DNA of 64,000 nucleotides from Lama glama (GCA_028534125.1 CM052818.1:46440001-46504000); one strand, 5' to 3'. Positions 26,211 to 40,757 are shown, counted from the stretch's first letter. Notes: a model not told the origin generated them from the letters alone. A program made the numbers and translations.

Positions 26211-26811
26211 AAAAGAGAACTTGTATGTTGCTGGCACTCCACCCATTAAAGGATTGCGGTAGTTAGTGTTTAATTTATATTTGGTTTTCCATTTTCTTGA
26301 TTCAGTGCTTGTTTAGGTGATAATGATAATGTAAGTTGTCATTCAGGCTAAGGCGAGCCTTGCAATAATTAAAATTCTAGTGAAGAGACTAAATCTGTCT
26401 CACAAACATCAGCAATTTACATTTCAGAAGCCTACATTTAAGGCTTGATGCCTTCATTTTATTTTACATGAAATAAAATTATACATCAAGTGAAAAAAAG
26501 GGGTTATGGTTGTACAGGTGGCATTTTTCCTTTCTTAATGGCTCATAACATAATGGTACATCATCACTAATGCATCTTAGGTTTGATTAAATACAATATT
26601 ATCTTTTAAAAGTGTATAATAACTGGTGGGAGGGAAAGGTTTCCAATTTAAATTTGCAATTTGGGGGAAGGTTTGGTATTTTTATTAATTTGCACACTTA
26701 TTTTTTTTAGTGTATTAGAATATTACTTGTCCCTCACTTGTAACAAATGTTCCCCCCGATTTCTTTGCCTTTTAATTTTAATTATGATGTTTTGTTAGAG
26801 GGCATTTTTTT

Positions 26812-27951
26812 GTTACAGAGTGCCTTTGTTATGAGTACCCCACCTGGGGCTCCCCACTAAGCAGGCTTTTTTGAGGGGGTGGACTTTTAAGGGACCCCAG
26901 GCAGCGGGAAGGAGGGAATCTTAACACAAGTTACATTACTGCATCTGCTCTGTAAGGACAAATGCAAACTAAAAATAAAAGTCTTAATCTTCCCCGCTGA
27001 AAGGGGGAAAGAGATTTCTCTCTCCCTTTTCTCAGAGCATTTACTTTAGAAGACGCTTAAGTACTTTCTCATCTCTTTAAAATGTATTTCTTTGAATACA
27101 TAGGTCTTTTGTCAGCTGTTTTTTTTTTTCCCCCAAGCTTTATGACCCAGGAATGTCTTTCTCAAGAACCTGGGAGACATCTCTTAAAAGGCAAATATTT
27201 TGAGAATCATCTTTTTGGACTATAAGCATCAAAAGAAGTAGGTCCAGGGGAGGCTATAGCTCCATGGTTAGAGCACATGTTTAGCATGCATGAGGTTCTG
27301 GGTTCAATCCCCAGCACCCCCATTTAAATAAATAAATAAACCTAATTACCTCCCCCACACAAAAAAACCCAAAACGAAAAACCCCTATAAACAAAACAAG
27401 TAGAATATTAAATAAGTAGTTCCCCATTGAAAGTAACATTAAAAAAAAAGGAGATAAGTAAAAATCACTTGCAAAATTAAAAAAAATCAATCAAACAAAC
27501 AAATAAGTAAGTAAATGATGGCTTCTGGAGGAAAGGTAGTTCCTCTACCTCACAATCCCTGTGGGAAGGGAGGCGCCTCACTTTGGTGGATGTTGTGCTC
27601 CAATTTGCAAAACTACCTCCTGTCATAAAGATAGACGTTTGCTTTTCTGCTGCATAACCCCAACCACCAGGTACAGCTGGGATGAACTATGTGCAGAGAC
27701 AAAGGGTACTGTCAAGTCATGGCCCTGGAGGACTAGTTACTGTTTATCTGGACCAGGATGGGCTGTGTCTGCCTGGCCGTGTAGGGCAGTGAGATTCTTC
27801 TGTCTCTGCAGTTTCTTGGCAGATGGCCTGTGATGCATGTCATGTTCAGGTTTAATGCTCATTCAATCATAAAAATCTTTTCTTTTTCTACCACCATTGT
27901 GGAGACGATTTCTGAGCTGGGAGATTTTGATTCTAATTGTATTTCCCCAAC
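26812..27951 (+). mobile_element. ERV1-type LTR containing a nested SINE
   Basis: tgttacag start and ccccaaca end, with LTR-like internal motifs. Confidence 0.65.
27247..27515 (+). mobile_element. Vic-1-type camelid tRNA-derived SINE
   Basis: ggggaggctatagctccatggttagagcacatgtttagcatgcatgaggttctgggttcaatcccca head, then aaacctaattacctcc and an A-rich tail. Confidence 0.85.
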
Positions 27952-29609
27952 AGCTGCCACTGGAGGGGACCAGCTGAGTCACATGGGATCGTGGCATGTG
28001 GGATCACGGTAGCCTTGGGATGTGTCTCAGAACTCTGTGCTGGGTTCAAAGGGAGAGGCTTTTAGTCACTGGCTCCCACACCTGTCTGGTCCAGGGGAGC
28101 GTGATCTCCCACAGGTGTGGGTCCTGCGTGCCTGAGTGCAGAGAGACTCACAGTTTCCCCGCTGGGAGTGCCGGGCTGGAAGGGAGGGGTGAGATGGGCG
28201 GGCCTCAGGCAAGGTCTGTCAGGAGCACCCATGTGAAACTGGTCAAAGCCGGAGCAGACCAGTCTAGCAGCACTGGCTGGAGTGGGTGGTTTGAAGTGGA
28301 GCAAGAAAGATGTTTGTTTTTAAAGCAGTAAAAATATTAGAGTAGGTTTTGCTTTGCTTCTAAGACACCATAAATTAACGACGATGTTTCCTTATTTGAT
28401 AACGCTGCCTTGCAGGTATTTGCTCAGAAATACCACCACAGTGGTGATGGAGAAGCAATAGAGCAAAAAGGAATCGTAGTTATAGCATTGCAGAGGGGCT
28501 GAATGGTTCTGTGACCTTAGGGAGTAAGCACAGAATCTTCTAGATGGGGGGGGGCACCTTAAGAACCATCCGGTCGTGGCATCCACCTAAAACATGAACT
28601 CCCTTTGCAACAGTCCATCCTTTCGCCACCGACTCTGCTTCCAGAGTTCTTTGTGGCAAAGCATTCCAAAGGATGGTAACAGTTACTGTCTGGAGCTAAT
28701 GTTTTTAATATTGTAATATTCTTCTTAAAATTCTTTTTCTAATACCACTAGAAAATTGAGCAAGTGCAGTGTTTAGGAGATGTTGTCAAGGTAAAGATTA
28801 AATTAGACAAAATATAGTTATAATAAAATTAGTGCTTTGCTGCCTGGATCAGGAAACCAGATACGTCTTGTTTAAACAGACCTAACTAGAGAAAATCATG
28901 ACCAGCCGTAGGATATCACGAGATAGCTATGTTACAGAAATACACACCTTTAACTATAATAAATGATAGAACATTTGCCAGAAAGATAAAAGGACCACCA
29001 CACCAAGCTATGTCAAAGGAAACCTCAATTAAAATATTCAAAACAATGAAAAAGAATGCTGACGGCACACCTACAGTTGCAAAAGCAGCAGAACTGTTTC
29101 AAAGGCGCCTTGAATGAATTGATACCAAGTTACTTTTACAAAAGAGAAGAAAGAGAAAAGAAAGACTGTTGAAAAGGAATGCTCTGTACCCCTGCTGTGC
29201 TATGAATGTTCTCAGAGAAACCTATGAGACATCAGTGGGAGTTGTCAAGAGGGGAACCGTCGCAGCTGAGACACAGTGGGGCTGACGATGCTCCAGCAGA
29301 GAAAACCCAAAGTACAGCTGAATTCTATGAACAGACAGTAAAGATGCCAGTAAAATGAATCACCCTGGATAATTAAATAAGAGCCACCATAGCAGTAATA
29401 TTGATACCAAAGAAACCAGTCACTGCAATTAAGACATTATTACAGAAGATACTCTGGGATGTGAAAGCCAGTTTATTTGTGGCTCTTTCTACAAGAGATG
29501 GAGGAAAGCAGAGCCATTGTTCTGAGAGGGTGGAAGGCCAGACAGAGAAATTAATCTACGTTTCAGAAGCATGTCAGCTAATTTCCTGTGTCTAAAGTTA
29601 ATGCCTAGC

Positions 29610-30300
29610 TATTATGGAAAACAGTAAGGCAATTCCTTAAAAAACTAAAAACAGACTTAGAATACGATCCAGCAAACCCACTCCTGGGCATTCCAGAGGA
29701 AACTAATTTGAAAAGACACATATACCCCAATGTTCACAGCAGCACTATTAACAATAGCCAAGACATGGAAACAACTTAAATGTCCATTGACAGATGACTA
29801 GATAAAGAAGTTGTGGTATATATACATGGGAATATTACTCAGACATAAAAAAGAATGAATGATGCCATTTGCAGCAACATGGATGGACCTAGAGATCATC
29901 ATTCTAAGTGAAGTAAGTCAGTGAAAGACAAACACCATATACCACTTATACATGAAATCTAAAAAAAGGACACAAATGAACTTATTTACAAAACAGAGCC
30001 AGACTCACAGACATAGAAAACAAACTTATGGTTAGCAAAGCGTAAAGGGGGTAAGAGGAATAAATTAGGAGTTTGAGATTAACAGATACACACTACTATG
30101 TATATAAAATAGAGAAATAACAAGTACCTACTGTATAGTACAAGGAACTATATTCAAAATCTTGTAATAGCCTACAATGAAAAAGAATATGAAAAGGAAT
30201 ATATATATGTATAAATGAATCACTATGCTGTACACCAGAAATTAACACGACATTGTAAATCAACTATACTCAATAAAAAAGTCAAAGATCAAAATAAATA
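29610..30300 (+). mobile_element. Young L1 3' end
   Basis: L1 ORF2 C-terminal motifs and a 3'UTR shared with the copies at 2809, 7740, 40310 and 60480; A tail. Confidence 0.9.
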
Positions 30301-31553
30301 GATAGATCAAGTTCATGCCCCGATTAGGAAAGACTGGGCAGTCTGGCAGGTGGACTGGAGCTTTCCGGGTCCACGTGGTAAAGTGTGGCACTCTGATCTC
30401 CTGAACCCTCCACAGATTTTTCCAGCTGGACTTGGGAGGCAGCGTGAGGCTGAACACAAAGTCCTAAGCTACTGGAACCTGCGATTCCCCATCCATGTTC
30501 TTTGGCCAACACTGTTAAGGGGTGGGGAATGTTGCTCACCAATGCCAGGCCAGGGTTGCTAAGTAGGAGGTGTCACGAGAACACGGCTTAATGTTATTTC
30601 TTCAGTTTCTAAGACGCCTGATCAGCACCACAACCACCATCATAAATAGTGCTTGTTCAGTCTTTAATGTTTTCCACGGCTAAGTGTTTGATGTGCTGTA
30701 ATGACAAATGACTTTTTGTGAGCACTCTTCTTAACCATTTACAGGTGTGGAAATAGATTCAGAGCAAGAATGTGTGCAAGAGCACATGAGTAGGAAGGGC
30801 CAAGATTCCAAAACAGGTCAATCTGACTTGAGAATCTACACTCTCACCCACCGCACCGTAAGACCCGCAGACGCGTGGGCAGGGAGGCTCTGAGATCGGT
30901 GAGATTAAATCACTGACATTGCTTCGTGCTGAGTCTCCCCCAGGTGGAACTGATAGATGCCTCACTCCACTGCTCCAGGAGTTCTTTCCAGAAAAGACAA
31001 TCCAATCCCGGTGATAAAAGATCTATGCTTGTCTTAGCAGAGAATCTCAGCCCCTTTATCTATTCCTAGACCTGGCCACAAAGAATGGGACGGTAAGTGG
31101 AAGAGATCTGCTAGGGATATGGTGCACACACAGAGTCACTCACACTTGCCCAGCCAAACGTAGTTCTTTATCTATAGTGCTCCTCTCAGAGGTGGTACAC
31201 AAGCAAACCAGAAAAAGCAAATATTCTCAGTAGTCAAAACCGGATCAAGAAATCTACTCCGCTGCCAGGGAAGGGAAGCTCAACAAACTGATGCTTGGGG
31301 ATCTTCTGGCCCAAATGACAGGCCAGTGTACAGTGCGACTGAAGAGCCTTTCCTCTGCGGTCGCCCCCTCTTTTCTAGATGGAAGTATTTATTGCATTAC
31401 CTTGTGTTTCTTCTTCCATGCTGTACCTCGAGAGAAGTCAGAAATCGAATATGCTCATATTCAGAACATAATTTTAAGATGCTCAAGTGCATCCAATTTA
31501 ATGGGTCTTAATCAAATTTAATGATGTATCAAAATATATCTGTTACAACCAAG

Positions 31554-31938
31554 TGTATTAGTTTGCTAGGGCTGCCATAAAAAAGTGCCACAGACTGGGT
31601 GGCTTAAACAGCAGAAGTGTATTCCCTCACAGCTCTCTGGAGGCCAGACGTCCAAGGTCAAGGTGTTTTCAGGCCTCTTCTAAGAGGCCTTTCTTCTGGT
31701 TTGTAGACGGTTGTCTTCTCCCTGTGTCTTCACTTGGCCTTCCCTCTGTCATGTCTGTGTCCTAATTTCCTCTTCTTGTAAGGACACTAGTAGTATTGGA
31801 TTAGGGCCCACCCTAATGACCTCATTTAAATGAATTACCTCTTTAAAGACCATAGTTCTAAATAGGGTCATATTCTGAGGTCCTAGGAGTTAGGGCTTCA
31901 ACATGTGAATTTTGGAGGGACACAATTCAGCCCATAAA
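31554..31938 (-). mobile_element. MLT1 (MaLR) LTR
   Basis: Same family as 21218-21618 (tgtattagtttgctagggctgccata..ggacacaattcagcccata). Confidence 0.85.
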
Positions 31939-31984
31939 AAAAGTAAAGTTGATGGAACAGCCTGACTCAGTTTTTTTTAAAGTG

Positions 31985-33235
31985 AAACTATGCACTCTTT
32001 GACCAACACCTCACTCCTGCCAGCCTCCGCTGACCACCATTCTACTCTGTGCTTTTCTGAGTTTGACTATATCAGATTCCTGGTAGGAGCCGTATTGTGT
32101 AGTATTTGCTTTCCTGTAATGTCTTCCAAGTTCATCCATTTTGTAGCAATTGGCAGGATTTCTTTCTTTTTTTCAAAAAGCTGATTAATATTCTGTTGTG
32201 TGTATATATCACACTTGCTTTATCCATTCATCTGTCGATGGACGTCTCTGGTATTGTAAGTAATGCTGCTATAAACATGGGAGTACAGCTATTTGAGATC
32301 TTGATTTTAATTTTCTTTCGGATGTGTACCCCAAAATGGGACTGCCCGATCATATGGAAGATCTATTTTTAATTTTTTTGAGGAAACTCTCTACTGTTTT
32401 CCATAGTGGCTGTACCAACTTACCTTCCCACTAGCAATATACAAGGATTCCCTTTTTACCACATCCTGGTCAACATTTGTTACATTTAGTCTTTCGGCAA
32501 TAGCCACCCTAACAGATAAGAGATGATACCTCATTGTGGTTTTGATTTGTATTTCCCTGATGATGAATGAGGTTGAGAACCATTTCGTATACCCACTGGC
32601 CATGTGTATGTCTTCTTCGGGGAACTGTCTGCTCAGGGTTTTGCCCATTTTTTATTCAGGTTGTTTGGTTGGTTTTCTTTGTTGGTTGGTTGATCGGCTG
32701 ATTTGGGTTTTTGTTTTTCTGTTTGTTTGTTTTCTGTTTTTTTTGGTACTGAATTGCAGAAGTGCCGTATATATTTTGAATATTAACCCTTTATCAGGTA
32801 TACGGCTTGCAATTATTTTCTCCTGCTCTGTTGTTTGCCTTTTCACTTTGCTCATTGTTTCCTTTGCTGTGAAGAAGCTTTTTAGTTTGATCTAGTCCCG
32901 TTTGTCTATTTTTGCTTTTGTTGCCTGTGCTTTTGGGGTCATGTCCAAGAAATCATTGCCAACGTCAATGTCAAGAAATTTGTCCCTTGTGTTTTTTTTT
33001 CTGGGAGTTTTAGTTTCAGGTATTATGTTAAAGTCTTTAGTCTATTTTGAATTTTTTGTGTATGTGTATGGTGTAAGATAAAGGTCCAACTTCATTCTCT
33101 CACGTGTGGCTATCCAATTTTCTGAGCACCATTTTTGAAGAGACAAAACTTTCCCCATTGTGTAGTCTTGCCCCCTGTCAAAGAGCAGTTTGCTATAAAT
33201 GTGTGAATTTGTCTCTGGGCTATTTCTATTCCTTC
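31985..33235 (-). mobile_element. L1 ORF2 3' region
   Basis: Minus ORFs IREIQIKTTMRYHL and [25 protein letters not shown]. Confidence 0.9.
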
Positions 33236-33477
33236 AGTTGATATGACTCCATTTCTGATGTTTGACCACTGGTAGATTTCAAATCCCATCCCTCCCTCTT
33301 CCCATTCTGCCCCACATCTGGAAAAGCTAATAAGAAGGCCTGGGTGCTCCTTCCTTTGGCATCAGAAGGAAGTTCAAACCACACAAGTTCTAGCCCATGC
33401 ATGGATACCCTCACCCCAGGCCCAGCCCTTAACCACAATAAAGCCAAGCCAGTCTCCCTTTCCCCACAACCCCTCTC

Positions 33478-33624
33478 TTTTTTTCTTTAAGTAATTTTTT
33501 TGGGGGAAGGGGAGGTAATCAGGTTTATTTGTTTATTTATTTTAATGGCAGTACTGAGGATTGAACCTAGGACCTCATTCATGCATGCTAGGCAAGCACT
33601 CTACCACTGAGCTATACCCTCCCC
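33478..33624 (-). mobile_element. Vic-1-type SINE, with an adjacent short L1 3' end, inside an LTR (~33250-33997)
   Basis: Reverse complement of the ggggagggtatagctcagtggtagag head. Confidence 0.85.
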
Positions 33625-34149
33625 ACCTTTTGAATTTAAGAATATTTTGATTATAATGTTTGTAAATTTCTGGTGTAGAGCATAGTGATTCAGACACACA
33701 CACACACAGACACACATTCTTTTTCATACTGTTTCATTATAAGCTCTTATAACAAGGTACTGGATAGAGTTCCCTGTGCTCTACAGTAGGACCTTGCTGT
33801 TTATCTATTCCTTTTCCCCTCTCAAGCCATTTTTGTACTGACTTGGGAACCTGCTCTGCTCGTCCCAAAAAGTCCATTATGTGAGTAAAACATCTTTAAA
33901 CACTTCTTGGTGTATATATGGTGTCATTCTTCTCAGCATCCAAACCAACTTTCATGTGGGGTGGGGGTTCCATCCTGTTCCTGCAGGATGACCACAACAG
34001 TTTACTTATTTATGACTAAAATAACACTCATAAAGTCAACTATAAAACCTGGAATATTAACACAAAATAATAAAAACATACAACCATTTTGATAAATGTC
34101 AAGAAGCAACGTCTACTTGACTAAGCATAAATATCTAAAAGCAATAGGA

Positions 34150-34310
34150 GCCCCTCTCTCTCCCTCTTCGGAGATGGCCCGCACTCTGTCTATGGAGTGT
34201 GTACCTGCTTTTAATCTGAGCACCCAACCCCCACATCTTGTGGCCTTTCTCTGCCTTTCAATATGTCTCTCTGAATAAATCTACCTTCACTCAATAAAAT
34301 AAAATAAAAT
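34150..34310 (+). mobile_element. Polyadenylated retrocopy of an ERV LTR transcript
   Basis: Similar to 20365-20535; ends just after AATAAA in an (AAAAT)n tail; TSD aaaagcaatagga/aaaagtaatagga. Confidence 0.75.
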
Positions 34311-37300
34311 AAAAGTAATAGGAATGGAATATTCATTGGTTTACATGATAAAGAGTACAGGACATATTTGAAATGAATTCAGCATTGAGTATTTAATGGA
34401 AAATACTAGCGTCTCTCCTCTTTTAAATATAGAAACAAAGCTAAGACACAGCTGTCTCCACTCCTATTTAGCACTGTGCTTGCACCAGCTAGTACGCGAT
34501 TGTTTCTCAGCTCTAACTCTAGCGTTCTCTGTGCTGCTCTGTGAGAAGGGGCTGAGACTCTGAGAAAAACACCCCTCCTTTGTCAGAAGGAGTTAGCTTG
34601 TCTCAACAGAGGAGGCACAACAGGAGACTTAAAGGTAGAAATGGAGAGGGGGGAGTTGATCCTTCCTGTTTTGCTTGCTCTTCCCATCGGTTTTCCCCAG
34701 TGATGGCTTTTCACCTCAGCAGCAGCAGTTGGTGCCAGCATCCAACTTTCTTCCTCATCACACCCCCTTAGTGTGCAATCACAGTCAGCCTGTGCCTTTC
34801 CTTAAGATTCTGAGTCCCAGCTCTGAACTGGATTCAGATACTTCAGGAAGGAACTGCAGCTGCCACAGTGGGGAACAGGAACAGCACGCAGACAGGAAGT
34901 CACACACCACAGACCGAAGTCACACAGGAAGTAGCAGAAATCACACAGGAAGTAGACAGGAAGACACCAGGAAGCAAGTAGGAAGAAACAAGTTCCTTCC
35001 TCCCCTCCAGCCTGAAGACTTCCCCCAGCGCCTCTATTGCCAGGGCCAGACAGGGAGCCGCTGGCAAAGTGGAAATGTGGTTTTCAGAGCCCCGGCGCCA
35101 ACATCCCAGAGTATGAAAGGGTGATTGTGGTGCTCATGGACAGAAGCTCAGTAACTAGTACTCAGCTCTCTTCAGCCTGTCCTTCCAGCCCTCTGAAATG
35201 AATTGTTGCCTTGCCCCAGTGGGGTTTTTTTGGTATAGAAAAACTCACAAACAGAAGTTACTCCTTACTCCTGAAAATAGCAACCACAATAAAATCCTTC
35301 ACATGAGGACTTTCCTTACTCCTTCTTTGTACTGCTCCACTTGGCTGTTTGTCTACACATATGAAATCAATTTGTAGTTGGAGAAAAGCCTTGTAACGGT
35401 ATTAAAACGCTCTAACTCACTCTCCAACTCCTAAGTACAAAGGGGTTATGTCAACATGATGGGCTGCACTAAGGATATTAAAATGACAAGTGTGCTAACA
35501 CATGTCAATACATGGACATTTTATATAAAATAAAAAAAACAAGAACACAGCCTATTAGGTATACTTTATTTATAACAAAGTAAAGTTTATAATTATGCAT
35601 GAAAGCATTCAAAATAAAATTGGAATAATTTAAATAAAATTGGAATAATTGTCACTGCAGTTTAATCTTACATGAAATTTTTCTCCCTATGAAGTCACAC
35701 AAGTTCATAATTGTTTCTTAAAAGAGAAAAAAAAAGAAAAGATATGAGAATGTTTGCTTGTTCACATTTCCCAGACTGCTTTCCTCTCTGATCTTAATGT
35801 TCCTTTTTTAAAATCTTATTTGAACAAATGAAGTAATGTTGGTTTTGTCTGACCTGTACTCACAGCTTTTAAAACAAATCATGCTTTCACAGCTGCTTAT
35901 TCTAATATTAACAGGCTGGGTGGAGTTTGCCCTCTGAATGAATTCTCAAAATAAAGTAAGATTGAGATATACAGTGGAGGAAAATGAACTGTAAAAATTA
36001 TGACTATCCATCATACTTTGAATTGTTCTTCCCCCTGTTTTGAAAAAGAAATAGCATCACCTGGCTTTGTCCTGCTTTGTGCGTAATGAGACACGACTGA
36101 AGTATTTTGTGTGCCTGATGGTAGTACAAAGTGGAGAGGAAAGGAGAAAGCTCCTCTTAGGAAAACGTTTGCCTTTGATAGGAAACTTTCAGTCTCTGAT
36201 TGCAGAAGAGGGAGAGAGAAAACAGCCGGTGAGATTCTGTTCTCTCCGTCATAAACATGCCTCTTGGTGATGGAGGTAGCCCAAGGAATGAGGCGTGGAG
36301 CAGAAGATTCTTGAATTAGAATAATCTCAACTTCTCTTTTACTGAGCCCAAGGTCATCTAATAGCTGTTCACAACCATCCTCTTTTTTTCATCATATCTA
36401 TTATTCTTTGTTTCCCAGCCATCTTAAAGATGATTATTCTAAAACCTCAATTCAATATAATGGTTTCAGAGTAATTATCACGTGTGAGATGTCCCAAATT
36501 CTATAAAAAGTTCCTTTTGCCTTTTAAACTGGCTTGAATTTATTATGTTATATGCAAAGTCATCCTACTTTTTCCTGCTTTGTGCAGAATGAGACACGAT
36601 TGAAGTATTTTGTGCACCTGAGCAGAGAGGGTGTCAGGTGCTTTGAAGGATGGAGGTCCTGCTGTGCACCCCACCAACTCCCATCCTGGTATCAAGCCAC
36701 TTTCTACAAATCTGACTTTGCCAATAAATATTTGTGTGTTTTGTGGGGAAAAATGCTTATTCCTTTTTTATTTTTAAAATGTATTTATTTTTGAAGTATA
36801 GTTGCTGTACAATATTATATAAGCAAGTGTACAGTATAGTAATTGACAATTTTTAAGGGTTATGTTTATTATAAAACAAAGCCCAAATTTCTAAGAACTG
36901 CACTCAAAGCTCTGTATAATCTACATTTCTTGTACCTTTTCAATCTTATTTCTTATTGTTTCTTACTTGAAATTTTTTCCTCCAAACAGCCTGGCATACT
37001 CTGTATTCTGAAACATGCCCTGTTCAGTCTCCTACCACATCTCCCTCATTTAAATGTCATCTTCACGTCTCTTTCTCTCTTTAAATCCCAGCCATCTTTC
37101 AAAACCCACTTATTTCAAAGCTCCCTTTTACAACAGAGATAACCCTTCTTCTGACGAGTTATACCACTTCCTCTATGTAAAATTGATTTGGTATTTGCCA
37201 AATATTCTCATGAATCAGTATTTATTTCGAAATTTCTTTTTATGTGTGTGAATAAAACTGTAGGATCCCTGGAGTCAGAAAACACATCTTTTGCCTGTTT

Positions 37301-40300
37301 GTCCTCTGAAGGAGAAGCAGAAACAAACATTTTCTGATTCACGACTGATGCTGGGCCACTTCCAAAACTTGTATGCAAATAGAAAATTATGCTTTTACCC
37401 AAGGGAATAAAATATAACCCTTACATTCATTCACTAAATTGTGTTTATCGAGTGCAGTCTAGGTGCCGGGTACCGGTGAGGAGATACCTGTGGGACCCCA
37501 TCCCTACAGACCTCACTGCTGATAGAGGTGACACAAACAGGTCCCGGGGAGCTGAACCCAGAGCCCAGGTCACACGCAACATGTACCGTCACGAGGGGAA
37601 GAGCACATGCGTACTGAGCTGACTGAGGGAAGGGATGTTCTTGAGCATCTTGCATTTTGCAGGCATTCTGGGGAGCCAGCAAGACTACACATGCTGGGGT
37701 GTTAGAGGGGATACGTACAGAGCATCGCTCCCTTCCACTCCAGAGTCTGCATTCAACTGAGAGACACAGGACCCAGACTGATGAGGATAAGGACGTGGTC
37801 TCGATTTGTGGCAAGTGGGATGTTCCCGGTCTCCTGAACTGAATTTACTCTGCTCATGGCTGGCCTTGCCAGCAGATGGAATCTGCCCTGCTAAGTTCAC
37901 TGCATACCAGAAAGCAGCTGGGGATCTGAAGCAAGTTAGCCTCTAGCCAGAGGAGACTTTTGCGAGAAACAGAAAAAGTAAATTATAGTCCCATGCTCTA
38001 GCTCTAAAAACCACCGATACGTAATGTCATCTCTGAGCTCTTCTCTGGGCCTCCGGGGAGCCACGGAGGTGACGTGTGGCAACATGTTACCATCTGCGAA
38101 GGCATCTGGAGAGGAGGGGAGTGGGAGAAAGTTATGAAGGGCGGTGTCCTGTGAAACACTGAATGATTTGAGTTTAAATGATTTGAGTTTTAAACTGGAT
38201 TTGAGGCTTGTCTTCACAACACATGAAGTTCTGTCATTTATTCCCTTTAATTCTGTGAATAACAGTGTCGTTTTCCTCATCTGTAAAATGGGAGTCTTAC
38301 ACGGTTTTTATATGGTGCATTATTATTCAGTATTGTTGATACTGAAATCCTCAAAAATGGGATTGAATTAGATTCAACAGACCTCAAAAAATGTCTCTAA
38401 AATGTTCATTTTTAAAGATTCCTTTGGGTCTCTAACTTACCTTCTGATTAAACAATTTCTTCTCTAGTAATAAGGAGATAAAAGCAGTTGATTAACACGA
38501 AGCCTACGTGTTCCAGGTTAGGGGAGAGAATGAAAACACATCCAGTCTGATTTAATTTCTTCCTCGCACCTGACAAAATACCAAAATTTGGGAGGAGCTA
38601 GGATGGGGAGTGTTGATAGTTGATAAAATACAATTTAAATTATAGAAATCCAAGCCTTATGGATTTGTTCAAACATTATCCTGTAACCCTGAGTGTGTAT
38701 TTCGGATATTTTGATTCTGTGGCGTCAAAGGATGCACAGTCCTTCTCGGTGCCATTCAACTCCAAGGGTACAGTCTTTCTATGTGTGCCCCACCCTCTCC
38801 TGTTAAATGCTGTGACAAATTGTTTTGCTCTAAGAGGTGATACTCCCTTAATTTATTCCAACAGAAAAGCATGAATCTACCCATTTAAGAGCAAGGACCT
38901 TTCGTAAACAGAACTTAACATTTGCTTTCTGACATTCAATTAGATACTTACAATTTTTCAATAAACAACCTCTAAATCAAAATGCCACCTTAAATCCAGG
39001 TCAATAAAGCAGCATGAAAAGCAATAAATAAAAGGTGATTTGAAAACCAGGAAAAGAGTGACATTTTATCAAAAATAATCATCAAATTGGCCAGAAGCCA
39101 GCTGGTCATCGTGACTGTTGACAGCTAGGATTTCCATTTGCTCTCGTTCTGTAAGAGTTTTTCTCCTTACTGGTGGTGCTGTTTATTCCAGAGCTTCTAA
39201 AACTGGTGATCGGTCGGTTGAAAAGTTGACCGAATAAGATCCTTATTTTATTCAACGAACTCCATTGACCATAATGTGATCTCATATAACCGCAAAGACA
39301 TTACTCTCTCAAGCAGGAAACACAAACAAACTGGGACTCTCTAGAGGGGCACTGTATGTATCCCTTCCATTTTTATGATGTACTTAAAATAAAAAACAGA
39401 CAATAATAAGCATTGTCAAAGCAGGATTCTAAAAGTTGTGGTATACGTTTCATGTTTACATTTAACCATTGAAGTGGCTGATGGAAACCTTCTCTTAATC
39501 CTCTGGGTATCTCCGTGCCTATTTATAGAGCTTATTCAGAGATAACACAGAACAGCTGAATCCGAGGCTGTGCGCAAATAGGTCCCGATGTGCACAGATA
39601 ATACAGGAGACCCGCCCTGGTCTTAGCAGCTGCCTCTGCAAGAAAGAGGCACAAGCTTTCTGCTGACTGGAGTGGTTTGAGTCTATGTTTACATGGGCTG
39701 AAATAAATGAGAGAGGAGATGAATATCTGGCTAATTCAGGTGCCATCAGCTCTAACTCTGCCTTTAAAGGCAAAGCGAGAGGCTTGAGCTTGAGCTAGGG
39801 GAACGAGAGGAGGGATGAAGACAACTGAATATTGGCCGGATGACAGGTCCAACAGCTGTCGCCCTGCCCACATCACGCCTTATGGCCCGGCGCCCAAAGC
39901 CACACTCATCCTCCCCACTGGTCCTCCCTCACCCACTAGAGTCCAGGACACCACAGACCAGGTTGCCCTGAGGCTGGAGCCACCCCAGGGTCCTTACCCA
40001 GCCTAAGCAGGAGGTCGTGGGGCTTGGGAAGAGGGACAGCTCTGGCTGGATTTGAGGCTTGTCTTCACAACACGTGGCCTTGGTTACTTAACATCTACAT
40101 GTCAATTTCCTAATCTGTTAAATGAGGATCACCTCAGTTGTAGCCACCTCACTGAAATGAGGTAATTAAACTTAAATTGCCTAGCTGGTGATAAGTGTTC
40201 TCTCAAAGGCGGTAATTTGGGGTGAGATACCACGACTGGTTGCCAAGTTTGTTGATGATTCTTGCCCAAGTCAATTATTCATATGATAGTTGCAAAATGG

Positions 40301-40304
40301 TAAT

Positions 40305-40757
40305 TTTCTTTTTTTCCCTTTTTCTTGTCTTTTTTAAAGTATAGTCAGCTTACAATGTTGTGTCAATTTCTGTTGTACAGCATAATGTTTCAGTCCTGCA
40401 TATATGTCTTTTCATGTTCTTTTTCATTATAGGTTCCTACAAGATACTGAATAGAGTTCCCTGTGCTCTACAGTAGAAACTTGTTGTTTATTGATTTTAT
40501 ATATAGTAGTGTGTATCTGCAAATCTCGAATTCCCAATTTATTCCTTCCCATCCCCTTTCCTTTTTGGTAACCACAAGTTTGTTTTCTATGTCTGTGAAC
40601 CTGTCTCTGTTTTGTAAGTAAGTTCATTTGTGTCTTTTTTTTTTTTTTTTGATTCCACATATAGGTGATCTCATATGGTATTTTTCTTTCTCTTTCTGGC
40701 TTACTTCACTTAGAATGACAATCTCCAGGTCTATCCATGTTGCTGCACATGGCATTA
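40305..40757 (-). mobile_element. Young L1 3' end with TSD gcaaaatggta
   Basis: Poly(T) start, L1 3'UTR, and flanking direct repeat. Confidence 0.9.

Noticed and set aside
34675..35124. 149-aa ORF with short repeated acaggaag units
   Set aside because: Lies in LTR-like sequence with low-complexity tandem duplications and no recognisable domain.
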